Origin: Polycyclovorans algicola TG408
GTDB taxonomy: Bacteria > Pseudomonadota > Gammaproteobacteria > Nevskiales > Nevskiaceae
Length of the DNA stretch: 24,000 nucleotides
Assembly (NCBI RefSeq): GCF_000711245.1
Contig: NZ_JOMH01000001.1
Span: 466,830 to 490,829 of the forward strand
Direction: 5' to 3'
Shown here one piece after another: positions 10,032-18,344 of the stretch. Position numbers and translations under genes: made by a program. Position 1 is the first letter of the stretch; the number at the start of each line of letters is the position of its first letter. The notes below the pieces were generated by a model, which saw nothing but the letters and a program-made list of their open reading frames with translations, was not told where the DNA came from and ran no database searches.

Positions 10032-10061
10032 GATCAACTAGCCTGTTTTTGACGCCGACAA

Positions 10062-10394
10062 TCAGGGCATCCGGGGCTCGTAGAGCGGCCCTTCTTGCGC
10101 GGCAAAGTACAGCGCCAGGGCGCGCATGTCCGCGTCGCTGAGGCCCGCCACGATCCCCGCCATGATGCCGTTCTTGCGGGCACCCTCTTTATAGGCGTGC
10201 AGGCTGTGCTCCAGATACGTGGCGTGCTGACCGGCGAGCACCGGGTAGGCGGGCATGATCGGCGCCGCACCTTTTTCACCGTGACACGCGACGCAGGTGG
10301 CGGCGGCCTCGGGGGCTTGCTGGGCAAATACCGGGCCGGCCGAAACCACACCCAGGGCCATCGCGACTGCAAAAACAAAATGGGTAGAACGCAT
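10062..10394 (-). CDS. c-type cytochrome, class I monoheme (cytochrome c4 half-like)
   Basis: The 110-aa product has a signal peptide (MRSTHFVFAVAMALGVVSAGPVFA), one CVACH heme-binding motif, and a distal Met candidate in NGIMAG. The track's start at 10505 overlaps the upstream gene and is rejected. Confidence 0.85.
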   Translation of the reverse strand: MRSTHFVFAVAMALGVVSAGPVFAQQAPEAAATCVACHGEKGAAPIMPAYPVLAGQHATYLEHSLHAYKEGARKNGIMAGIVAGLSDADMRALALYFAAQEGPLYEPRMP

Positions 10395-10410
10395 CTCGTC
10401 GACTTTCCGT

Positions 10411-10731
10411 TTAGCGGCGCGGGGCGCCAGAGATGAAGGCGGCAATGTCGGCGATGTCCTGGTCGGACATCGGCACGGCCTGGGCGCGCATCGTCGGATG
10501 CTCACGTTCGCCGCTGCGATATGCCTTGAGCGCGGTTTCGAGATACTCCACGCTCATGCCGCCGATCTTCGGCACCCGGTAGGTCGGATACGCATTGTTG
10601 TAAAGCGGAATGCCATGGCAACCCATACAGGTACTGGCCTTGATCTGACCGGCGGCGGCGTCGCCTTCCGCATGGGCAGGCAAAGCCGCCAGCGAGGCGA
10701 TGGCGAGGATCGCCCAGCGCACTGACTTCAT
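10411..10731 (-). CDS. c-type cytochrome, class I monoheme (cytochrome c4 half-like)
   Basis: The 106-aa product has a signal peptide (MKSVRWAILAIASLAALPAHA), one CMGCH motif, and a Met ligand candidate in HPTMRAQ. It lies 16 nt upstream of the second cytochrome gene. Confidence 0.85.
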   Translation of the reverse strand: MKSVRWAILAIASLAALPAHAEGDAAAGQIKASTCMGCHGIPLYNNAYPTYRVPKIGGMSVEYLETALKAYRSGEREHPTMRAQAVPMSDQDIADIAAFISGAPRR

Positions 10732-10965
10732 TTATGAAACTCCAATAGGGCCGGAACGGCCTGAGGGGACGCGAATTGTCGGGGAAATGGACGCTTCGGT
10801 CAACGCGGGACAGACCGCCACAGGCCGATCAAGGCGTGTTGCCTGCGGTTTGCAGGTGTCGGTCGCCGGAGCGGATTGGGTATAGTCCGCGCCACCTTTA
10901 CCCGCCTTGGCCCACGCTTTGACGCCGACCGGCAACCTCCCCTCCGACAACGCCCGCTTGCCGAC

Positions 10966-12516
10966 ATGGATTTGATCCTGCGGCCGCGGTCTGCGGGCGA
11001 GGTGACCGATGTCGCCGCCGTCGACCTGGGCTCCAACAGCTTTCACATGATGGTGGCGCGCGTCTCGTCGGCCGGCGACCTTCAGGTCATTGACCGGCTG
11101 CGCGAGCCGATCCGCCTTGCCGCCGGGTTGGGCCGCGACAAACACCTGTCGGACGAGGCCGCCGAACGTGCGCTGGCCTGCCTGCAACGCTTTGGTCAAC
11201 GCCTACGTGAGCTGCCCGCCGAGCGGGTGCGCGCCGTGGGGACCAACACGCTCAGGCGAATGAAGCGCTCGACGGTCTTCATCGAGGCCGCGGAAAAAGC
11301 GCTGGGTCACCACATCGAAATCATCGCCGGTCGCGAGGAAGCACGGCTGGTTTACGGCGGCGTGACCCACGGCATGGGGCGCGAGCCGCCGCGCCGCCTG
11401 GTGGTCGACATTGGTGGCGGCAGCACGGAGGTCATCATCGGGCGCGGAAGCAAGCCGCGGCTGATGGAATCGGTCGCCCTCGGCTGCGTGGTGCACACGC
11501 AGCGCTTTTTCGCCAACGGCGTGATCAGCCGCTCCCGCTTTCGCAAGGCACGGCTGGCGGCGCGCATCGAGCTTGAGTTTCTCGAGCGCCGCTATCGCCA
11601 GGCCGGCTGGGACGTCGCGATTGGCGCCTCAGGCACCATCCGGGGCATCTGGCGGGTGATGATGAGCCACGGCTGGTGCGAGGACCGCATCACCCGCGCC
11701 GGGCTGGACAAGGTCATCGAGCTGACCCTGGCGCGCGGCCACGTGCAGCAGATTGACTTCGAGGCCTTGCGCGAGGATCGGCGCCCGGTGTTCGTCGGTG
11801 GCCTGGCGGTGCTGGCGGCGATTTTCGATGCGCTCGATATCGACCAGATGAACACCTCGGACCACGCCCTGCGCGAGGGTCTGGTTCACGATCTGCTGGG
11901 GCGCCTTGGCAACCGGGACGTGCGCGGTGAGGCGGTCAGTTCGCTGGCCGAGCGTTACGGCGTCGACACCCGCCAGGCGCAGGACGTGGAGCGCACCGCC
12001 CTCAAGCTGCTCGACCAGACGGCCGGCGCCTGGCAGCTCGACCCGAAAACCAGTGCCAGCCTGCTGCGCTGGGCCGCACAACTGCATGAAATCGGGCTGG
12101 TGATCGCTCACTCCGGTTACCACAAGCACAGCGAATACATGCTGCGCCACGGCGATCTGCCGGGCTTTTCACAAACCGAGCAGGCGCTGCTGGCGGCGCT
12201 GGTGCGGTTGCACCGCGGCAAGTTTTCGCAGAGCGCGCTGGCCGACTTGCCGCGCGACTGGCGCCTGCCGCTGCAACGACTGGCCATGCTGCTGCGGCTT
12301 GCGGTGTTGTTGCACCGCTCTCGAACGCCGGGCCTGCGGCCGCCGGTGCGCGCCGAGCTGGTCGACAAGGCACGGGTGCTGCAATTGCAATTCACCCGCA
12401 AGGCGTGGCTGGATCAGCACCCGCTAACCCGCGCCGATCTGGAACTGGAAAGCGACTACCTCGACAGCACCGGCCTCAGCCTACGGCTTGAGGCTGATCC
12501 GTCAGCTCGTCCTTAA
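10966..12516 (+). CDS. ppx: Exopolyphosphatase (Ppx/GppA family)
   Basis: The 516-aa product from ATG 10966 starts MDLILRPRSAGEVTDVAAVDLGSNSFHMMVARV and contains VGTNTLR, DIGGGSTE and a C-terminal HD-like region. Length and N-terminal spacing match E. coli Ppx (513 aa, from memory). The 10876 start adds an implausible extension. Confidence 0.9.
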   Translation: MDLILRPRSAGEVTDVAAVDLGSNSFHMMVARVSSAGDLQVIDRLREPIRLAAGLGRDKHLSDEAAERALACLQRFGQRLRELPAERVRAVGTNTLRRMKRSTVFIEAAEKALGHHIEIIAGREEARLVYGGVTHGMGREPPRRLVVDIGGGSTEVIIGRGSKPRLMESVALGCVVHTQRFFANGVISRSRFRKARLAARIELEFLERRYRQAGWDVAIGASGTIRGIWRVMMSHGWCEDRITRAGLDKVIELTLARGHVQQIDFEALREDRRPVFVGGLAVLAAIFDALDIDQMNTSDHALREGLVHDLLGRLGNRDVRGEAVSSLAERYGVDTRQAQDVERTALKLLDQTAGAWQLDPKTSASLLRWAAQLHEIGLVIAHSGYHKHSEYMLRHGDLPGFSQTEQALLAALVRLHRGKFSQSALADLPRDWRLPLQRLAMLLRLAVLLHRSRTPGLRPPVRAELVDKARVLQLQFTRKAWLDQHPLTRADLELESDYLDSTGLSLRLEADPSARP

Positions 12517-14591
12517 ATCGCCTCATCCATCAACTGTTGCTGAACCGGCACCACGTCGTTGGCGGTCTCCAGTCTCAGGTACCGGCCGTCAGGCTGAAGC
12601 TGCCAGCTCTGCGCCGTGTCGAGCACGTAAGCCTCGAGTTGCTGCAGCAGTCTTGCCCGCAGCGCCTTGTCGAGCACCGGGAAGGCGATCTCGACGCGAC
12701 GGAAAAGGTTGCGTTCCATCCAGTCGGCGCTCGACAGCCAAATCTCTTCCTCGCCGTTGTTGAGGAAGTAAATGACGCGGTGGTGCTCCAGGAAGCGTCC
12801 GATGATGGAGCGCACCGTGATGTTCTCGGACAGCCCTGGCACGCCGGGCCGTAGCGAGCACATGCCGCGCACCAGCAGCTCGATCTTCACGCCGGCCGCC
12901 GAGGCGGCGTAGAGCTTCTTGATGATCTCCGGCTCGACCAGGGCATTCATCTTGGCGATCAGTCGCGCCGGCCGGCCGGCTTCGGCGTGCGCCATTTCGC
13001 GCTCGATGCGCGCGTGCATGCCCTCGTTGAGCGTGAACGGCGACTGCAGCAGCCGGTTGAGCTTGATCACCTTGCCGAGGCTGGTGAGCTGCAGAAACAC
13101 CGCGTGCGCATCCTTGCCGATCTTGGCGTCGGCAGTAAACAGGCCATAGTCGGTGTAGAGCCGGGCAGTTTTGGGATGGTAGTTACCGGTGCCCAGGTGG
13201 GTGTAGTAGCGCAAGCCGCCGGGCAGCTGTGCGGCGCCTTCCTCGCGACGCACCACCAGACACATCTTGGCGTGCGTCTTGTAGCCGACCACGCCGTACA
13301 CCACGTGGGCACCGACGTCCTGCAGGCGCTCGGCGAGGTTGATGTTGTCGGCCTCGTCAAAGCGTGCACGCAGCTCGATGACCACCGTCACTTCCTTGCC
13401 GGCGCGCGCCGCGTCGCACAGGGCGTCGACCACCAGGCTCTTCGAGCCGGTGCGGTACAGGGTCTGCTTGATGGCCAGCACGCGCGGATCTTTGGCCGAC
13501 TGACGAATGAACTCCAGAACCGGCGAGAAGCTGTCGTAGGGGTGGTGCAGCAAATGATCGCGCTCGCGGATGGCGGCAAAAATATCGCCACTGGCCAGCG
13601 CCTTGCCGGGCCGCGGCGTGTGCGGCGGATACTTGAGTTGCGGCCGCTCGACCAGGTCGGGGAGCGCCATCAGCCGGTTGAGATTGACCGGCCCGTTGAC
13701 CTGGTAAACATCGGCGGGCGTGAGTTGAATCTCGTCCATGATGTAGTGCCACATCGCCTCGGGGCAGTTGTGCGCCACTTCCAGCCGTACGGTGTCGCCC
13801 CACTGACGCTGCGACAGCTCGCCTTCCAGCGCCTCCAGCAAATCTTCGGCGTCTTCCTCGTCGACCAGCAGGTCGGCGTTGCGCGTCACCCGAAACTGGT
13901 AGCAGCCGCTGGCCGCCATGCCGGGGAACAGGTCATCGACATAGGCGTGAATCACGCTCGACAGAAACACGAAATCGTGCGGCCCACTGCCGGTGACGTC
14001 ACGCGGAATCTGGATCAACCGAGGCAGCGCGCGCGGCGCCTGCACCACCGCGAAGCCGGTGTTGCGGCCAAAGGCATCCTTGCCCGACAACTGGACGATG
14101 AAGTTCAGCGACTTGTTGAGGATGCGCGGAAAAGGGTGCGCCGGGTCCAGCCCCAGGGGCGACAGCACCGGCAGGAGCTCGTCATGGAAAAAGCGATTCA
14201 GCCACGCGTCCTGCTCGGGCGACCATTCCGAGCGGCGCAGAAAGCGAATCTGCTCGGCCTCCAGCGCCGGCAACAGCTCGTCGTTGAACACCCGGTATTG
14301 TTCGGCGACCAGGTCGTGGGCGCGCACCGCAATGGCGGACAGCGTCTCGGCGGGGCTGAGACCGTCAGGCCCGCGAGTGCCGGGGTTGACCTCGGCCATC
14401 TGCTGCAGGCCGGCAACGCGAATCTCGAAAAACTCGTCGAGATTGGAGCTGGAAATGCACAGAAATTTCAGCCGCTCCAGCAGCGGAACCCGATCATCCT
14501 GCGCCTGGGCCAGCACCCGCTGGTTGAACTCGAGTAACGATAACTCGCGATTGAGCAGCAACTCGGTCGGGGCCATGCCATCCACTGCCAT
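12513..14591 (-). CDS. ppk: Polyphosphate kinase 1
   Basis: The 692-aa product contains NRELSLLEFNQRVLAQA, LKFLCISSSNLDEFFEIRVAGL, GYKTHAKMCLVVRRE and HLGTGNYHPKTARLYTDYGLFT, all typical PPK1 blocks. An alternative start at Met6 (14576) is possible. Confidence 0.95.
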   Translation of the reverse strand: MAVDGMAPTELLLNRELSLLEFNQRVLAQAQDDRVPLLERLKFLCISSSNLDEFFEIRVAGLQQMAEVNPGTRGPDGLSPAETLSAIAVRAHDLVAEQYRVFNDELLPALEAEQIRFLRRSEWSPEQDAWLNRFFHDELLPVLSPLGLDPAHPFPRILNKSLNFIVQLSGKDAFGRNTGFAVVQAPRALPRLIQIPRDVTGSGPHDFVFLSSVIHAYVDDLFPGMAASGCYQFRVTRNADLLVDEEDAEDLLEALEGELSQRQWGDTVRLEVAHNCPEAMWHYIMDEIQLTPADVYQVNGPVNLNRLMALPDLVERPQLKYPPHTPRPGKALASGDIFAAIRERDHLLHHPYDSFSPVLEFIRQSAKDPRVLAIKQTLYRTGSKSLVVDALCDAARAGKEVTVVIELRARFDEADNINLAERLQDVGAHVVYGVVGYKTHAKMCLVVRREEGAAQLPGGLRYYTHLGTGNYHPKTARLYTDYGLFTADAKIGKDAHAVFLQLTSLGKVIKLNRLLQSPFTLNEGMHARIEREMAHAEAGRPARLIAKMNALVEPEIIKKLYAASAAGVKIELLVRGMCSLRPGVPGLSENITVRSIIGRFLEHHRVIYFLNNGEEEIWLSSADWMERNLFRRVEIAFPVLDKALRARLLQQLEAYVLDTAQSWQLQPDGRYLRLETANDVVPVQQQLMDEAI

Positions 14592-14631
14592 CTTCCTGAT
14601 TCAGACAATCGGTCATGTTGCCAGACCCAAG

Positions 14632-14649
14632 ATGACACTTGGGTGACAG
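14632..14649 (-). promoter_or_regulatory. Pho-box-like direct repeat upstream of ppk (candidate PhoB site)
   Basis: The minus strand reads CTGTCAC-CCAA-GTGTCAT, two 7-nt repeats with a 4-nt spacer. The E. coli Pho box consensus is CTGTCAT-A(A/T)A(T/A)-CTGTCA(C/T). The site lies 41 nt upstream of ATG 14591. Confidence 0.45.
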
Positions 14650-14670
14650 CCCAGATCAACGCGGATCCAT

Positions 14671-14728
14671 TAGGGCCTGTTAACAATTGGCGCAATCGCT
14701 GCGATACGGCAATCGTTAACAGGCCCTA
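14671..14728. repeat. Long inverted repeat overlapping the ndh stop codon; possible ndh terminator/insulator or operator
   Basis: The arms are tagggcctgttaacaattg (14671-14689) and caatcgttaacaggcccta (14710-14728), matching at 18 of 19 positions with a 20-nt spacer. Each arm carries a GTTAAC core. No U-tract follows on the minus strand. Confidence 0.6.
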
Positions 14729-16114
14729 GGGCATCGACGGCGGATCACCGAGCCGTTCGGCGCGCAGGGTCTTGGTGCTGGTCGGCGCGCCGGTCACCAA
14801 ACGGTCACCAATGTGACGGGTGAGGTATTTCCACACCCACTGCACGAACACCCGCACCCGCTGCGAGCCATCGATCAGCGCGCGAATGTGCACGAACGCC
14901 CACAGGAACCACGCCAGAGTGCCGGTGGTCTTGAACGCGCGCAGGTCGCCCACCGCGCGGTTCATGCCAATCACCGCCATTGAGCCCCAGTCACGGTAGT
15001 AAAAAGGCTTGAGCGCGGTCTTGCGCTTGGCCCGCCGTTTCAGGGTGGTGGCGACGTAGCGCCCCTGCTGAATGGCGGCGGGCGCGAGGCCCGGTACCTC
15101 ACGGCCGCGCGCGTCGGTCAGCCGCGCAAGGTCGCCAATCACGAAAATGTCGGGGTGCCCGGGCAACGAGCAATCCGGCTCGACCCGCACCCGTCCCCCC
15201 CGGTCCAAAGGCACGCCGAGGCGTTCGGCAAGAATCTGCCCGAACAGCGAGGCACGTACCCCGGCCGCCCACAGCACGGTACGGGCACGAATTTCGGTGG
15301 TGGTCTCGCCCTTGCGAATGCGCACGCCCTCGGCACTCACGTTCTCGACCATCGTTGAGGTCATCACCTGAACGCCTAGCGCCTCAAGATGCCGCCGTGC
15401 TGCGACGCGCAGTTTTTCATCGAAGGCGGGCAACACCTGCGGCGCGCCCTCAATCAGCAGGACGCGGGATTCGCGTGAATCGATGCGGCGGAAATCACGC
15501 ACCATGACTTTCTGCGCCAGCTCGCCAATGGCGCCGGCCAGCTCGACTCCGGTGGGCCCGGCGCCGACGATCACGAAGGTCTGCAGTTCGTCCCGCAGCT
15601 TCAGGTCGTCGGTCATTTCGGCGCGCTCGAATGCGCCAAAAATTTTGCGGCGCATCTCGATGGCGTGCTCGGCGGTCTTCAGCCCTGGCGCAAAAGCCCG
15701 CCACTCGTCCTTGCCAAAATAGTGGTGCTTGACCCCGGTGGCGACCACCAAGGTGTCGTAAGGCGTCTCGCCAAACTCGTGCCGCACCACCTTATGGTCA
15801 GTGTCGATGTCATACGCGGTGGCGGTCAGGCAGGTCACGTTGCGCGCCTTGCGCAGCACCACCCGCTGCGGAATGGCGATGTCGCCGATGGTCAACGCGC
15901 CGGTCGCGACCTGATACAGCAGCGGCTGAAACAACTGAAAATTACGCTTGTCGAGCAGCGTCACATCGTAGTCCGATGCGCCCAGGTGCTTGGCGGCGTG
16001 GAGCCCGCCGAAACCGCCACCGACAATCACAACCCGATGCCGTTGTGCGGCTGAACCCGACGAACCCTGCGCGTTGCTGCTCAAGAACTGATCCCCGATG
16101 TTGCGATGCAGCAT
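14726..16114 (-). CDS. ndh: Type II NADH:quinone oxidoreductase (NDH-2)
   Basis: The 462-aa product from ATG 16114 has dinucleotide folds at RVVIVGGGFGGLHAAKHL and FVIVGAGPTGVELAGAI, plus the GDLA motif (IFVIGDLARL). The track's start at 16210 overlaps the upstream gene. Confidence 0.9.
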   Translation of the reverse strand: MLHRNIGDQFLSSNAQGSSGSAAQRHRVVIVGGGFGGLHAAKHLGASDYDVTLLDKRNFQLFQPLLYQVATGALTIGDIAIPQRVVLRKARNVTCLTATAYDIDTDHKVVRHEFGETPYDTLVVATGVKHHYFGKDEWRAFAPGLKTAEHAIEMRRKIFGAFERAEMTDDLKLRDELQTFVIVGAGPTGVELAGAIGELAQKVMVRDFRRIDSRESRVLLIEGAPQVLPAFDEKLRVAARRHLEALGVQVMTSTMVENVSAEGVRIRKGETTTEIRARTVLWAAGVRASLFGQILAERLGVPLDRGGRVRVEPDCSLPGHPDIFVIGDLARLTDARGREVPGLAPAAIQQGRYVATTLKRRAKRKTALKPFYYRDWGSMAVIGMNRAVGDLRAFKTTGTLAWFLWAFVHIRALIDGSQRVRVFVQWVWKYLTRHIGDRLVTGAPTSTKTLRAERLGDPPSMP

Positions 16115-16118
16115 TTTA

Positions 16119-16988
16119 TCACGCGGGGGCGCTTGCCTCGGCGGCTTCCGCTGGCCGTCGGGCGGCGATTCGTCGCCACTGAAACACCCGCCGCGCCGTC
16201 TGCGACACATCGTGCAGGTACCACGCGTTCATCGAACTCCCGACCAGGGCGCCGAGCACCGGCACCACGCCCGCACCCTTGCGCGCGCCAAGATGTAGAC
16301 CGATGCGCGATGCCAGCGTCTGCACGCTGTAGGCGGCGGCATCCTTGGCCATCTCGCGCTCGGCGACCCGCTCCAGGCCGTCGCGCCAGGCGTCGTCAAC
16401 CACGTCGCGACCGCTGGCCAGGGCTTCCAGCGCCGAGGTTTTTTCATCGAGGCTGTTGGCCGAGGCCAGCGCGAAGATGCCCACCGCCAGGCGCTCGCGC
16501 TCGGCCTCATCGAGCAGCTCGCCGTAGCAGTAGCCGGTGCGGTGAATGGTGCGCAGCGCCAGCGTCAGCAGCAGCGGGATGTCGATCACCATGCCGGCGG
16601 CGCCGGTCACGCCGAGCACGCCGCCGCCGACCCCGCCCAGAATCATCGCCCGGCGCGAAATCTGGATGGCCAGCCGGTCGGCCGCTTCCAGCGACTGCGC
16701 GCCCAGCGCCACCTCGTTGGGCAGACCCGAGCGCTTGAGCACGTCGCGGCGGTCATCGACTTTGCGCGCAAACTGGTTAGCCTTGGTCAGACCGGCGCGC
16801 AGCACTTCCACCGGCACCATGTTCTGCACGGCCTGTACCGCCGCGCCGGATGGCTTGGCCAGCAGTCGCGTGCCCCAGCTCGGCCCCTGCTGCTGCCAGC
16901 GCAACAGGTCATTGAGCACTTTTTGCTCATAGTCGGTGAGGGCGCCTTCGGGCACGGTCAACATTGTCGCCAGCGGGGCATCGGTCAT
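16119..16988 (-). CDS. EcsC family protein, uncharacterised
   Basis: The 289-aa product from ATG 16988 reads LTDYEQKVLNDLLRWQQQ...GGVGGGVLGVTGAAGMVIDIPLLLTLALRTIHRTGYCYG, which matches my recollection of the EcsC (PF12787) pattern. It ends 4 nt before the ndh ATG. Confidence 0.75.
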   Translation of the reverse strand: MTDAPLATMLTVPEGALTDYEQKVLNDLLRWQQQGPSWGTRLLAKPSGAAVQAVQNMVPVEVLRAGLTKANQFARKVDDRRDVLKRSGLPNEVALGAQSLEAADRLAIQISRRAMILGGVGGGVLGVTGAAGMVIDIPLLLTLALRTIHRTGYCYGELLDEAERERLAVGIFALASANSLDEKTSALEALASGRDVVDDAWRDGLERVAEREMAKDAAAYSVQTLASRIGLHLGARKGAGVVPVLGALVGSSMNAWYLHDVSQTARRVFQWRRIAARRPAEAAEASAPA

Positions 16989-17091
16989 CGCGGGTACCTT
17001 TTTGCTGCAGTATTTGCGGGAGGTCACGAGTCTACTCAACCCACCCACGTACGCAGCCTGACCGCGCACCCTTTCTTTTCCGCGAACGACC

Positions 17092-17853
17092 ATGTGCCTG
17101 ATTGCCTGCGCCTTTCGCGCGCACCCCACCTTCGAGTTGATCCTGGCCGGCAACCGTGACGAATTTCACGCGCGGCCGACGGCAGGCGCGGCGGCCTGGG
17201 ACGATGCGCTGCAGGTCGTTGGCGGACGCGACCTCGAAGCCGGCGGCAGTTGGCTGGCGCTGTCCGGCCAGCGCCGACTGGCAGCGGTGACCAATGTGCG
17301 GCGCATGGCACAGACCCCGCACGGTGCACCCTCGCGCGGCGCGCTGGTGGCCGACTTCGTTCGCGGCGACGTCTCGGCGGCAGCCGCGGCGCAGACGCTG
17401 TTGGGCGTGGCCCAAACCTACGCCGGCTTCAACCTGCTGCTGTGGGATGGCGTGACGCTTGAATACGTCAGCAACCGCCCGGCACCGCGCCACGACACGC
17501 TGCCGCCAGGCGTCTATGGCTTGTCCAACGACGCGCTCGACACACCATGGCCCAAGCTGCTGCGCCTGCGCGCCGCAATGCACGACGTGACGGCGCAGCG
17601 ACGCCCGGTTGATGCCCTGTTCGACGCGCTCGCCGACCCGCAGCCCGCCGACGCCGCCGAACTGCCCGACACCGGCATCGGCACCGAGCTGGAGCGCTTT
17701 TTGTCACCGCCGTTCATCCGTGACACCCGCTACGGCACCCGCGCTTCGACCGTGGTCACCGTGCCTTATGTCGGCACCGCCACCCTGACTGAACGACGCT
17801 TCGGCCCAGACGGACACCCGCTGGGCGAGCGCACGCTAAAGGCTGCGCCTTGA
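17092..17853 (+). CDS. NRDE family protein (TANGO2-like, Ntn-hydrolase-like fold), function unknown
   Basis: The 253-aa product starts MCLIACAF (Cys2) and contains the eponymous LAGNRDEF motif, then GGSWLAL and AVTNVR. Confidence 0.8.
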   Translation: MCLIACAFRAHPTFELILAGNRDEFHARPTAGAAAWDDALQVVGGRDLEAGGSWLALSGQRRLAAVTNVRRMAQTPHGAPSRGALVADFVRGDVSAAAAAQTLLGVAQTYAGFNLLLWDGVTLEYVSNRPAPRHDTLPPGVYGLSNDALDTPWPKLLRLRAAMHDVTAQRRPVDALFDALADPQPADAAELPDTGIGTELERFLSPPFIRDTRYGTRASTVVTVPYVGTATLTERRFGPDGHPLGERTLKAAP

Positions 17854-18332
17854 CCGGCTGGGATGCCTTGATCGACACGCCCCTGGGTCCGATGGGCGCC
17901 ACCGCCACGGCGTCCGGGGTAACGCGGCTGCACTTCGATCCGAGGCCGCGCTCGGCGCATTCATCAGGCGGCGGCGCGCATCACCTTCACGCCCTGCGAA
18001 CTCAACTGGCTGAATATTTCGCCGGGCAGCGTCGCCACTTTGAATTGCCGCTGGCGGCCACCGGCAGCGTCTTCCAGCACCGGGTCTGGGCGCTGCTGCG
18101 GGCCATCGACTGCGGCGACACCCGCAGCTACGGCGAGCTGGCCCGCGCCTTGGGCGATGCCGGCGCAGCCCGGGCCGTGGGGCTGGCCAATGTACAAAAT
18201 CCGCTGGCCATCATCGTGCCCTGCCACCGGGTGATTGGCGCCAACGGCCATTTGACGGGCTATGCCGGCGGACTGGCGCGCAAGCAGGCGCTGCTCGAAC
18301 TGGAGGGCGCGCTCAGCAAAAGCCTGTTCTGA
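17850..18332 (+). CDS. ogt: Methylated-DNA--protein-cysteine methyltransferase
   Basis: The product has the active-site PCHRVIG motif, an N-terminal IDTPLGPM block, and RSYGELARALG and NPLAIIVPCHRV. The proposed TTG start at 17850 overlaps the NRDE stop as TTGA. The start codon is uncertain; TTG 17868 is an alternative. Confidence 0.85.
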   Translation: MTGWDALIDTPLGPMGATATASGVTRLHFDPRPRSAHSSGGGAHHLHALRTQLAEYFAGQRRHFELPLAATGSVFQHRVWALLRAIDCGDTRSYGELARALGDAGAARAVGLANVQNPLAIIVPCHRVIGANGHLTGYAGGLARKQALLELEGALSKSLF

Positions 18333-18344
18333 GCCTTGGGCTGA

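Noticed and set aside
10850-10886. TTGCAG ... TATAGT as a possible ppx promoter
   Set aside because: The spacer between the hexamers is 25 nt, too long for a sigma-70 promoter, and no acceptable -35 lies at 16-18 nt. It is left uncalled.
12987-14537. 516-aa ORF antisense to ppk
   Set aside because: It lies entirely within the well-supported ppk gene on the opposite strand. The translation is low-complexity, Arg/Ala/Gly/Val-rich, and has no recognisable motifs. This is the typical shadow ORF of a high-GC genome.
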